From: an uncultured virus (IMG/VR IMGVR_UViG_3300020558_000001)
Taxonomy: Duplodnaviria > Heunggongvirae > Uroviricota > Caudoviricetes
DNA: 64,000 nucleotides
Virus record (IMG/VR): IMGVR_UViG_3300020558_000001
Reading direction: 5' to 3' (one strand)
Part shown: positions 51,898-59,543 of the stretch, one piece after another
How positions within the stretch are numbered: position 1 is the stretch's first letter
Layout: every line of letters starts with the position of its first letter
The notes under the pieces: generated by a model
Database searches by the model: none
Told to the model about the DNA's origin: nothing
Seen by the model: only the letters and a program-made list of their open reading frames with translations
Translations under genes and position numbers: made by a program

Positions 51898-52141
51898 TGA
51901 AATTAGAGTTTGATTTAATTTTTTTCTGAAATTTTTTTAGTAAAATTTTTTGTAGAATTTTTGTGACCTTTAGGTAAGTGTGATTCCCCTCTGCCACCCC
52001 CCACCCAGCTGGCGCTTTCAATTCACTACCCCTCCCATCTGCCTCCCAAGTTTATTTCTTGCCCTCTATTTTTATTTTTCCCTACACCCTTCCCCTCACT
52101 CATGCTTGGCAGAGATTTTTCTGCTTCATCTTTTAAATCCT

Positions 52142-52480
52142 ATGACTATGTCTACTCAAGGTTCAGCTAAGTTTTTCACTCCTAGTGAGTTCGTTGCAGA
52201 GTTTAAAATTGTAACTCTGCGTACTGTAGTAAATAAGAATACCCAAAAGGTTTCTGTATTGCTCAATGAGAATACTCAAGACAAAGAGTTTCTCCCTGTT
52301 AGTAAACAAATTCAAGAAGACCATAATCTTCTTGAGTCAGAGAATCTAAAGTTCTGGGTTCCTATTGAAACTGATAAGAAAGGAAGAGAAGTCCTTGATT
52401 ATCAGAGTGCTTGTCTAATTGTCTGCACTCCAGGCGATTTATCTAAGTTTGTAACCAAAGGTATTTCCCTCGGTTTCTAG
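52142..52480 (+). CDS. First early-region gene, hypothetical
   Basis: Start re-called to ATG 52142 (or 52148); followed by a terminator. Confidence 0.7.
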   Translation: MTMSTQGSAKFFTPSEFVAEFKIVTLRTVVNKNTQKVSVLLNENTQDKEFLPVSKQIQEDHNLLESENLKFWVPIETDKKGREVLDYQSACLIVCTPGDLSKFVTKGISLGF

Positions 52481-52488
52481 ACTTCTCT

Positions 52489-52525
52489 AAGTATAGCGTA
52501 TTCTAATGAGTACGCTATACTTTTC
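52489..52525 (+). terminator. Intrinsic terminator
   Basis: AAGTATAGCGTA / TACGCTATACTT stem plus T-run. Confidence 0.75.
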
Positions 52526-52558
52526 AATTAATTATTAATCTTCTAAATCTTCTAAATC

Positions 52559-52753
52559 ATGGCTTCTTTAATCAAAGCTTTTGTTGTAGGATTACTTATA
52601 ATCCTAAATGTAATCCTCATCATTTGTACTATGGAAATAGTAAATGATGTTACTGAATTTCAAGCTATATGCTTAGGCTTAGCATGTTGCATTACAACTA
52701 CTGGTTGTATTGGTGCAGCTGTAGGTATATCTATGGTAAATACAGAGAGTTAA
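52559..52753 (+). CDS. Small two-TM membrane protein
   Basis: 64 aa with two hydrophobic helices. Confidence 0.65.
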   Translation: MASLIKAFVVGLLIILNVILIICTMEIVNDVTEFQAICLGLACCITTTGCIGAAVGISMVNTES

Positions 52754-52770
52754 TCTCTCTGTATTTTTTA
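52739..52770 (+). terminator. Intrinsic terminator
   Basis: AATACAGAGAG / CTCTCTGTATT stem plus T-run. Confidence 0.7.
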
Positions 52771-52793
52771 TTAACTTATTAAACTAACTAACA

Positions 52794-52880
52794 ATGGTAG
52801 CATTATTATTTGTAGGATTTATGATGTTCATATTTCTTACAGTAGAACTAAATCAAAGAGAACAAAATCCTCACAATTAA
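52794..52880 (+). CDS. 28-aa single-TM peptide
   Basis: MVALLFVGFMMFIFLTVELNQREQNPHN; A-rich leader typical of Bacteroidota starts. Confidence 0.5.
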   Translation: MVALLFVGFMMFIFLTVELNQREQNPHN

Positions 52881-52891
52881 ATCTAAACATC

Positions 52892-52969
52892 ATGGCTGAT
52901 TTATGTGCAATTGCAAGTGCTATACTATTTACAATAGTAATCATAGCACTAAACTATAAAAGAGATTAA
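52892..52969 (+). CDS. 25-aa single-TM peptide
   Basis: MADLCAIASAILFTIVIIALNYKRD; ends inside a terminator hairpin. Confidence 0.5.
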   Translation: MADLCAIASAILFTIVIIALNYKRD

Positions 52970-52990
52970 CATCTCTTTTATTTTTTTTAT
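52957..52990 (+). terminator. Intrinsic terminator
   Basis: TAAAAGAGA / TCTCTTTTA stem plus a long T-run. Confidence 0.65.
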
Positions 52991-52995
52991 TTCCT

Positions 52996-53024
52996 TTCAC
53001 CCTTCCCCCTACATATTTGGGACA
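52996..53024 (+). repeat. C-rich 29-mer, copy 1 (candidate phage promoter)
   Basis: TTCACCCTTCCCCCTACATATTTGGGACA; 26/29 identical to 55042-55070. Confidence 0.8.
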
Positions 53025-53276
53025 CTAACAAAGTCTAGTTATATACACATGGTTACTGGTGTATAATAATGAAAAACGTGTAACTCATAGCATAAGTGAA
53101 ACAAACAATGCATACTTTAATGTATTTACCTAAGAATAAGTAAATTGCAAAAATAGTTGATAACATCATTAATCTTATGGCACCGTGATACCTCTAAATT
53201 TAATTGACAATGACAATTAAATAGGTTAGAAAGTTCAGCATAAGACTATTACATTAAAGTATATTATTTAAAAAAC

Positions 53277-53466
53277 TTAATAACTTCCCAAGTTGTTGAG
53301 GGCACCAGTTTCTTTGATAATTAGAGATACAGTAAAGTGTGACAAAAAACTCTAATGTAAGCAGCGATGTTATATCAGAAGTTATAAATAAATTGCAAGT
53401 TATTTATAATGGAGATATTTCACCTGTGTCAATCCTTACAGATTATCAAAGTTTTAGGTGTAAAAC
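53277..53466 (+). ncRNA. Unassigned structured RNA
   Basis: Hairpin CTTAATAACT/AGTTGTTGAG with TCCCA loop; CACC/GGTG and CTTTGATAAT/ATTATCAAAG stems enclosing nested hairpins. Confidence 0.45.
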
Positions 53467-53708
53467 ACATTATTATGATGAGTTATTGACATTAATAAGG
53501 TAGCACCTTATTGTTAAACAGGTCATCGTTTAACTCAGATAAATTGCCTGTTGTTTATCAGTCATTTTAATTGTTTATAAAAAGTTGCAATGTAAAATCT
53601 AAATATATCATAATAGACGTATTATGAAGAAGGTAGTCTTATACTTTTTAGTTGGTTAAATGGGATGTTGAAATAGAGCACATCACCCTGAATACATTGT
53701 AACTTTTT

Positions 53709-53865
53709 ATTTTAATGCACCACAACTCACTTCCCAAGGGTGAGCAGTTGTAATTGGTTATGTCCATTCTAGAAGGGATATAATCTGTAAACCTACTGTC
53801 ACATAGATGACAGCTTGAAAAACATCGCCAAAGATGTGGGATTACAACTGAGTGCAGAGGGAAAT
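53709..53865 (+). ncRNA. Twister ribozyme-like RNA (P1-type) with extended P5
   Basis: AUUU-UAA-UGCA-CC-ACAA-CUCAC-UUCCCAAGG-GUGAG-[CAGUUGUAAU...AUUACAACUG]-AG-UGCA-GAGGG-AAAU matches twister P1/L1/P2/P4/L4 and both pseudoknots. Confidence 0.7.
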
Positions 53866-53893
53866 TATTTTTAAACACTTTAAATTTAATAAC

Positions 53894-54043
53894 ATGAAAA
53901 ACTATAAAGTTATTTATTTAAATACAGAATATAGTGTTATGTCTATTTCTGTTACAGCTTCTAATGAAGAAGAAGCAAGATTATATGTATATAGTCATGT
54001 AGAAAATTGTATTAAAACACTTTCTGCTGAATATATAAATTAA
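53894..54043 (+). CDS. Small hypothetical protein (49 aa)
   Basis: ATG 53894; MKNYKVIY...VTASNEEEAR pattern common in small phage early proteins. Confidence 0.6.
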   Translation: MKNYKVIYLNTEYSVMSISVTASNEEEARLYVYSHVENCIKTLSAEYIN

Positions 54044-54103
54044 ACCTTATTAAAACTAAATGCAAAAAGAAATTATTTTTAAACATATTAACTACACAAC
54101 ACA

Positions 54104-54499
54104 ATGAAAACATTATTTGCATTATTATTAACATTTACATTAGTATCATGTAAAGCACAAAATCAAATTGACATTGACAACTTAGACAGTTTAATTATTA
54201 CTAATACTTGTCTTGCAGAATTATGCTCATCTAATGATGAAATAGAATGTTTTGCATTCTATTTTGATACAAAACCACACATTATCAAAGCAAATCTAAA
54301 TCATTACAGAGTATTATACTCTTCTGAACTTAGAGATGCAGGATGGAATCCACAATCTCCATTTGACCTTATAAATTTCAGAGTACCTATTGACCAATAT
54401 GGCATCATAGTTACTTGGGAAGAATGGAAAAAAATACATCATATAGATAATGATACTGAAGAGAAAACTTTATTTCATTATCCTATAGAAGAGGACTAA
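54104..54499 (+). CDS. Predicted lipoprotein/exported protein
   Basis: MKTLFALLLTFTLVSC signal peptide with lipobox-like LVSC. Confidence 0.6.
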   Translation: MKTLFALLLTFTLVSCKAQNQIDIDNLDSLIITNTCLAELCSSNDEIECFAFYFDTKPHIIKANLNHYRVLYSSELRDAGWNPQSPFDLINFRVPIDQYGIIVTWEEWKKIHHIDNDTEEKTLFHYPIEED

Positions 54500-54523
54500 A
54501 AAAGGTGGAGAAATCCACCTTTT
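54498..54523 (+). terminator. Intrinsic terminator
   Basis: AAAAGGTGGA-GAAA-TCCACCTTTT. Confidence 0.75.
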
Positions 54524-54731
54524 ACTTTTAATAGTAATACTATTATAAAAGTCAAAAACTTTACAAGGTTTTTCTCTCTTTCCCCCACACCCCCTTTCTC
54601 TCTTTTCCAAAGAGAATACTTATGTTCTGTTCGTATAATTTATCATCGTTATTTTTGTATTTATATGAAAATAACACTTAAAAATTTACATTAGTTCCAT
54701 AACATTCAAAATCTTTTAAATTTTAACATTT

Positions 54732-54986
54732 ATGTCAACATTATATATAACAACAAGAACAATCTTAATAGATTTTCTTAATTATGGTTTAGCAAATTAT
54801 CTGTTTTATGGTTTTAATGTAAAAGCATTAGGGCGAAATAGTAATTCAGAACTTGTTTATGAAGTAACTTATAAAACTAATATAACTGAAGATGTAGATG
54901 CCTATTACATATATACATTTGAGAAGCCAACTAATGGTAAATATATGTCGTTAAGGCAACCTGAACTTGAACCATTACCTTTTTAA
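54732..54986 (+). CDS. Hypothetical protein
   Basis: 84-aa ORF followed by a terminator. Confidence 0.6.
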   Translation: MSTLYITTRTILIDFLNYGLANYLFYGFNVKALGRNSNSELVYEVTYKTNITEDVDAYYIYTFEKPTNGKYMSLRQPELEPLPF

Positions 54987-54992
54987 TTTCCT

Positions 54993-55026
54993 AAGAGAGT
55001 TTATTTTGTAAACTCTCTTTTTTTTA
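54993..55026 (+). terminator. Intrinsic terminator
   Basis: AAGAGAGTTTA / TAAACTCTCTT stem plus T-run. Confidence 0.75.
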
Positions 55027-55041
55027 TTTTCTGTTCCTCCA

Positions 55042-55070
55042 TTCACCCCTCCCCCTACATATGTCGGACA
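55042..55070 (+). repeat. C-rich 29-mer, copy 2 (candidate phage promoter)
   Basis: TTCACCCCTCCCCCTACATATGTCGGACA. Confidence 0.8.
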
Positions 55071-55191
55071 GTCATAGGATTTATAGTCTATATTAAAATC
55101 CTATTGTAGCAATACAATAGGATTATTTTAACTTGCATTATTCAATTATTTATACTATTTTTTATTCATTAACTATTTAAAACAATTTATT

Positions 55192-55800
55192 ATGAGCAAC
55201 GCAACAAGAAAAACAGTTTCAAGAGGAAAAGTAACTTTCTCAAGATTATTTGCATCTGATTACCAAAAGTCAGGTAGCAAAACATTGGAAATCAAGCAAT
55301 TGATTACCACAACAATGTATTATCCTACTAAGAAATTCAATTCTGATTTACAAGATGCACTTTTTACAGAAAGTGATTTTGGAGTTGAAGAAAATGGTTA
55401 TGAAACCACAGAAACTCGTGTAGCATGGATTCCAGTTCCTGCTAATTATAACGAGGCACAAGTAAAACAAATTGTAGCTAATCTTCCTAAAGAAGCATGT
55501 ATCTACAAAATGTTGTCAAATAGTCCTATTCTTACTGATAATCAGCGTCAAGCTGTACATCAAGGTTTAAAGACTATGGATGATTTTGCTGATGCACAAG
55601 CTATCAGATATCCAAATAACAGCGAGTTTGCAGGAGAACTTATCCTTGATGCTCAAAGTAAGGTTCAATACAAAAGAACATTCTTTAGCAAAACAGCTCA
55701 AGAAGATATCGATGAACGTGGTAATGGAAAAGAATATGTTTCTGATGCTTTAGCAGAAGAAACTGAAGGTGCTTCTGTTACTTTTGGTCAGAAAATCTAA
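55192..55800 (+). CDS. Hypothetical protein upstream of PolB
   Basis: 202-aa ORF with acidic C-terminus, followed by a long inverted repeat and T-run at 55806-55907. Confidence 0.7.
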   Translation: MSNATRKTVSRGKVTFSRLFASDYQKSGSKTLEIKQLITTTMYYPTKKFNSDLQDALFTESDFGVEENGYETTETRVAWIPVPANYNEAQVKQIVANLPKEACIYKMLSNSPILTDNQRQAVHQGLKTMDDFADAQAIRYPNNSEFAGELILDAQSKVQYKRTFFSKTAQEDIDERGNGKEYVSDALAEETEGASVTFGQKI

Positions 55801-55939
55801 TTATTAAGAAAGTCTAATTTACAAATTATTATCTACAATCACTATTTATTCTATTTTAGAGTATTTATATTGTGGGTAATTTTTTGTAAGTTAGGCTTTC
55901 TTTTTTTATTATTTTACCATTTAATATTTACATTCTACT

Positions 55940-57853
55940 ATGCAAGATTACATTTATGATATTGAGATTTATCCTAATATCTTTTTGGTATGTGCTGAAA
56001 ACATAAATACTAAGCAAAAACTTAGTTTTGAAATCAGCATAAGAAAAATACAAACTCAACAACTTGTAGAATTTTTAAATCAAGACATTAGACTAATAGG
56101 TTTTAATAACAAAAACTATGATGACCTGATGTTACAAAAGTTTTTAGAATGTTTACATTTAAAAGGTAAAGATTTAGTACAAGCATTAAAAAAGCATTCT
56201 GATAATCTCATTACAAGAGAAAACTATTCTAAATTCTGTAAGAAGTTTGTAAAAGTACCTACAATAGATTTATTTCTATTAAATCATTTTGATAATGATA
56301 ATAGAAGATGCTCACTTAAAGAACTTGAGTTTGTATTCAATATGAATAACATTCAAGAATTACCATTTGATTACACACAACCTATACCAGTTATTGATTT
56401 TGATACTCTTGTAAAATATTGTTGGAATGACATTGAAGCTACTTTTAAATTATATAACTATTCTATACAAGAGTTAAAGTTAAGAGAAGAATTAGGTGGT
56501 AAAGAACTTTTAAGTTTTAACTCACCAAAATTAGGTGAGAAAAGTTTTTGTCAGGCAATGATTAAAATAAATCCTACATTTGAACAAAAACTACAAAATA
56601 AATCACCAAGAAAAGAAATTAAACTTGCTGATGTAATATTTTCTTATGTAGAGTTTAAAAGTATAGGATTTCAAAAGCTATTAGAATATTTTAAATCTAA
56701 AGTAATTACTGACACTTATAAAGTATTTTCAGAATTACCATTTGATACTCTTACTTTAATAGAAGGACATTATAATGTCTATAAAACTAAAGGAGTTCAA
56801 AAGAATTTAAATATTAACCACAATGGATTTGAATTTGTATTTGGTACTGGTGGTATTCATGGTTGTATTGAACCTGGTATATATGAAGCAGACCAAGAAC
56901 ATGACATATTAGATATTGATGTAGCTTCATTTTATCCTAACTTAGGCATTAAAAACAAATTATATCCTGAGCATTTAGGTGTAGAATTTTGTGATGTATA
57001 TGAACATAGATATCATGAAAGAGGTAATTATGCTAAAGGCAGTACTCTTAATAAATCTATAAAGCTTGAGTTAAATGGTGTGTATGGTAAAAGTAATTCT
57101 AAGCATTCACCATTTTATGACCCTAAATATACTATGTCAATTACCATTAATGGTCAATTACTCATAGCTATGTTAGCAGAACAACTTATGAATCATTCTC
57201 AACTATTACAAGCTAATACAGATGGTGTTACTATTAAAGTACTTAAGTCAGATTTACCTAAAATACAAGAAATACTTAATTGGTGGGAAAATCTTACTTC
57301 TCTTACTCTTGAAACTGCTAATTATTCTAAAATGGTTATTAAAGATGTATCTAATTACCTTGCTATTTATACTAATGGTAAAGTAAAAAGAAAGGGTGCA
57401 GCATTTAAAACTAAAGCAGAGTTAGAATTACATGAAAATCATTCAGGAGTTATAGTTCAGGAAGCTATTAGTGCATATTTTATATCAAATACAGCACCTG
57501 AACAATTTTTATTACAAGAATTAGAATTAGGATTAGATAAGTTTTATATGAGAGCTAAAGTACAACGTGACCATAAACTTGTAGCAAGAGATGTAACAGA
57601 TATAGCTCTTCAAAGAATTACAAGATATGTAGTTACTAATACTGGTGTATCTCTTATTAAAATAATGCCACCACTTCCTAAGAATCCTGATAAGTGGAGA
57701 GAAACTGAGATTGAAGCAGGATGGAAATGTACACCATGTAATAATTTATCAACTATCAATATAGATTTTTTAAAACAAAACATTAACATCGAATATTATT
57801 TAACACAAATTAAAAAAGTAATCAATGCTATCAAGAGAAATAGTCCAGAATAA
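55940..57853 (+). CDS. polB: Family B DNA polymerase
   Basis: Exo I YDIEIY, Exo II GFNNKNYD, motif A DIDVASFYPN, motif B KLELNGVYGKS, motif C QANTDG. Confidence 0.93.
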   Translation: MQDYIYDIEIYPNIFLVCAENINTKQKLSFEISIRKIQTQQLVEFLNQDIRLIGFNNKNYDDLMLQKFLECLHLKGKDLVQALKKHSDNLITRENYSKFCKKFVKVPTIDLFLLNHFDNDNRRCSLKELEFVFNMNNIQELPFDYTQPIPVIDFDTLVKYCWNDIEATFKLYNYSIQELKLREELGGKELLSFNSPKLGEKSFCQAMIKINPTFEQKLQNKSPRKEIKLADVIFSYVEFKSIGFQKLLEYFKSKVITDTYKVFSELPFDTLTLIEGHYNVYKTKGVQKNLNINHNGFEFVFGTGGIHGCIEPGIYEADQEHDILDIDVASFYPNLGIKNKLYPEHLGVEFCDVYEHRYHERGNYAKGSTLNKSIKLELNGVYGKSNSKHSPFYDPKYTMSITINGQLLIAMLAEQLMNHSQLLQANTDGVTIKVLKSDLPKIQEILNWWENLTSLTLETANYSKMVIKDVSNYLAIYTNGKVKRKGAAFKTKAELELHENHSGVIVQEAISAYFISNTAPEQFLLQELELGLDKFYMRAKVQRDHKLVARDVTDIALQRITRYVVTNTGVSLIKIMPPLPKNPDKWRETEIEAGWKCTPCNNLSTINIDFLKQNINIEYYLTQIKKVINAIKRNSPE

Positions 57854-58922
57854 TGCTGTAAATGCAATTATCAAACATTCTTATAAGGGTATAGTATATG
57901 TATCACCAAGGGTTGGTAAATCAAAGATAGTATGTGACATATTAAAAATGCCAACATTTAAAAAGTCAAAGATACTTATTACAGCACCATACAATACTAT
58001 TTTAGATTCCTGGACATCAGAATTTAAAAAATGGAAAGTAAATACAAAGAATATTGTACTTATAAATCAAAGGTCATTAGGTAAATTAAAGCTTACAGAT
58101 TATAATTACATTATTTCTGATGAAATACACACTTTGAGTGACAATCAAATTGTAGAGTTACAAAAAACTGATACTCCAATACTTGGTCTTACTGGTTCTT
58201 TATCTAAAGAATCTAAAAAGTTATTAAAAGATGAACTACTAATAGAACCTATATTTACATATTCAGTTGAAGATGCTATCAATGATGGTATTGTAGCTGA
58301 TTACAAAGTATATCTTATTGGTGTACCATTAGATAATAAAGACAAGTATATTGAAGCAGGTACTGTAAAACAGAAGTTTATGACTACTGAGTATGCAAAC
58401 TATCAATATCTTACTCAACAGTTTGAAAAGTTTAAAAGGATGTCTTGGAATAATTCTAAGATGAATGCAGTTAAGATGCAATATGCATCTAAAAGAGCAT
58501 CAATGCTTTATACTGCTAAATCTAAAATAGCAATGGCTAAAAAGATTATTGCAGAACATGACAGATGTCTTATTTTTACTGCAAGAACTGAAACAGCAGA
58601 TGATTTTGCTACAGCTTATCATTCTAAAAGTAAAGAAAATTATTTAGAACAATTTAAAGATGGCACTATTAATAAACTTGCTGTATGTGAGATGACCAAC
58701 ATGGGTATCACAATCCCTAATCTTAAAGTAGGTATATTTCATCAGATGAAAAGTTCAGAAGAATCTGCAATTCAAAAGGTTATGCGTATGTGTAATGTAG
58801 AAGAAAATGAAATTGCTGAAATTTACATTACATATTTCATTAATACAATTGATGAAGAATGGGTTAAAAAAGCTTTATCAGGTCTAAATCCTGAAAAAAT
58901 TATCTATGTAAATCGTGGATAA
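57825..58922 (+). CDS. Superfamily 2 helicase
   Basis: SPRVGKS, SDEIH and LGLTGS motifs. Confidence 0.85.
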   Translation: MLSREIVQNNAVNAIIKHSYKGIVYVSPRVGKSKIVCDILKMPTFKKSKILITAPYNTILDSWTSEFKKWKVNTKNIVLINQRSLGKLKLTDYNYIISDEIHTLSDNQIVELQKTDTPILGLTGSLSKESKKLLKDELLIEPIFTYSVEDAINDGIVADYKVYLIGVPLDNKDKYIEAGTVKQKFMTTEYANYQYLTQQFEKFKRMSWNNSKMNAVKMQYASKRASMLYTAKSKIAMAKKIIAEHDRCLIFTARTETADDFATAYHSKSKENYLEQFKDGTINKLAVCEMTNMGITIPNLKVGIFHQMKSSEESAIQKVMRMCNVEENEIAEIYITYFINTIDEEWVKKALSGLNPEKIIYVNRG

Positions 58923-59000
58923 TTTATAAAAAAGTCATATTTTTAATGGCTCTGTCACCTCAAATGGCAGAGCTTTTTGTCACTATTAAACTACAACAAT

Positions 59001-59543
59001 ATGCAGATTAATCAGGAAGTTCCAAAATTATTAGCAGAACATGGTGTTGATTGCAGTTTAGGTCTATTATATTTACTTGGTGTACATCATAATCTTGATG
59101 GTATAAGTGAAATAATACCTGAGCCAATTGTCAGACTTGTTAATAACTTAGGAATAGTAGAAAGAAATTACAGAGATAACACTATTGAATGGCATTTACC
59201 TCTCTATGATGGTCAAAATGTAGATTCAGTATGGGATTGGGTTAATGAATATCGTAAACTTTTTGCAACAAAGAATAAAGAGAGGGAAGGTAATAAGAAA
59301 TCCTGTGTGCAAAGAATGAAAATGTTTTTTGCTCAGAATCCTGAAGTTAGAAAACATGATGTATTAGATGCTACTACTATGTATCTTAGAACAGTAGAAC
59401 CTAAATTTGTAAAGATGGCTGAAAGATTTATCTTTGATGGTCAAGGTAATTACAAAACCAGCATGTTGCTTCAATGGGTTGAAAGATTGTGGGAAACTAA
59501 AAGACAACAAATTCAAGACCCTAATCTTAAGATGATGAAATGA
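59001..59543 (+). CDS. Hypothetical replication-module protein
   Basis: Likely start ATG 59001; overlaps the helicase start (ATGA). Confidence 0.6.
   Translation: MQINQEVPKLLAEHGVDCSLGLLYLLGVHHNLDGISEIIPEPIVRLVNNLGIVERNYRDNTIEWHLPLYDGQNVDSVWDWVNEYRKLFATKNKEREGNKKSCVQRMKMFFAQNPEVRKHDVLDATTMYLRTVEPKFVKMAERFIFDGQGNYKTSMLLQWVERLWETKRQQIQDPNLKMMK

Noticed and set aside
51980..52141. GTG-started Pro-rich N-terminal extension of the 166-aa ORF
   Set aside because: It translates the C-rich regulatory tract; ATG 52142/52148 is the more plausible start.
53030..53700. tRNA, hammerhead, pistol or HDV-like ribozyme in the non-coding region
   Set aside because: I found no cloverleaf/TTC arm and no correctly placed CUGANGA...GAAA core; the 53041-53090 pseudoknot lacks the pistol P2/P3 arrangement.
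53648..53878. 76-aa minus-strand ORF
   Set aside because: Antisense to the twister-like RNA in a plus-strand region; no protein features.
54650..54657. Plus-strand TATTTTTG matching TAnnTTTG
   Set aside because: Low-complexity T-rich match likely by chance; not supported by other elements.
52000..55200. CRISPR mini-array associated with the Cas4-like nuclease
   Set aside because: The repeats are 1-2 kb apart and not regularly spaced.
46328..57853. Introns or inteins in terL or polB
   Set aside because: Both ORFs are continuous and compact, with no intein or homing-endonuclease motifs seen.
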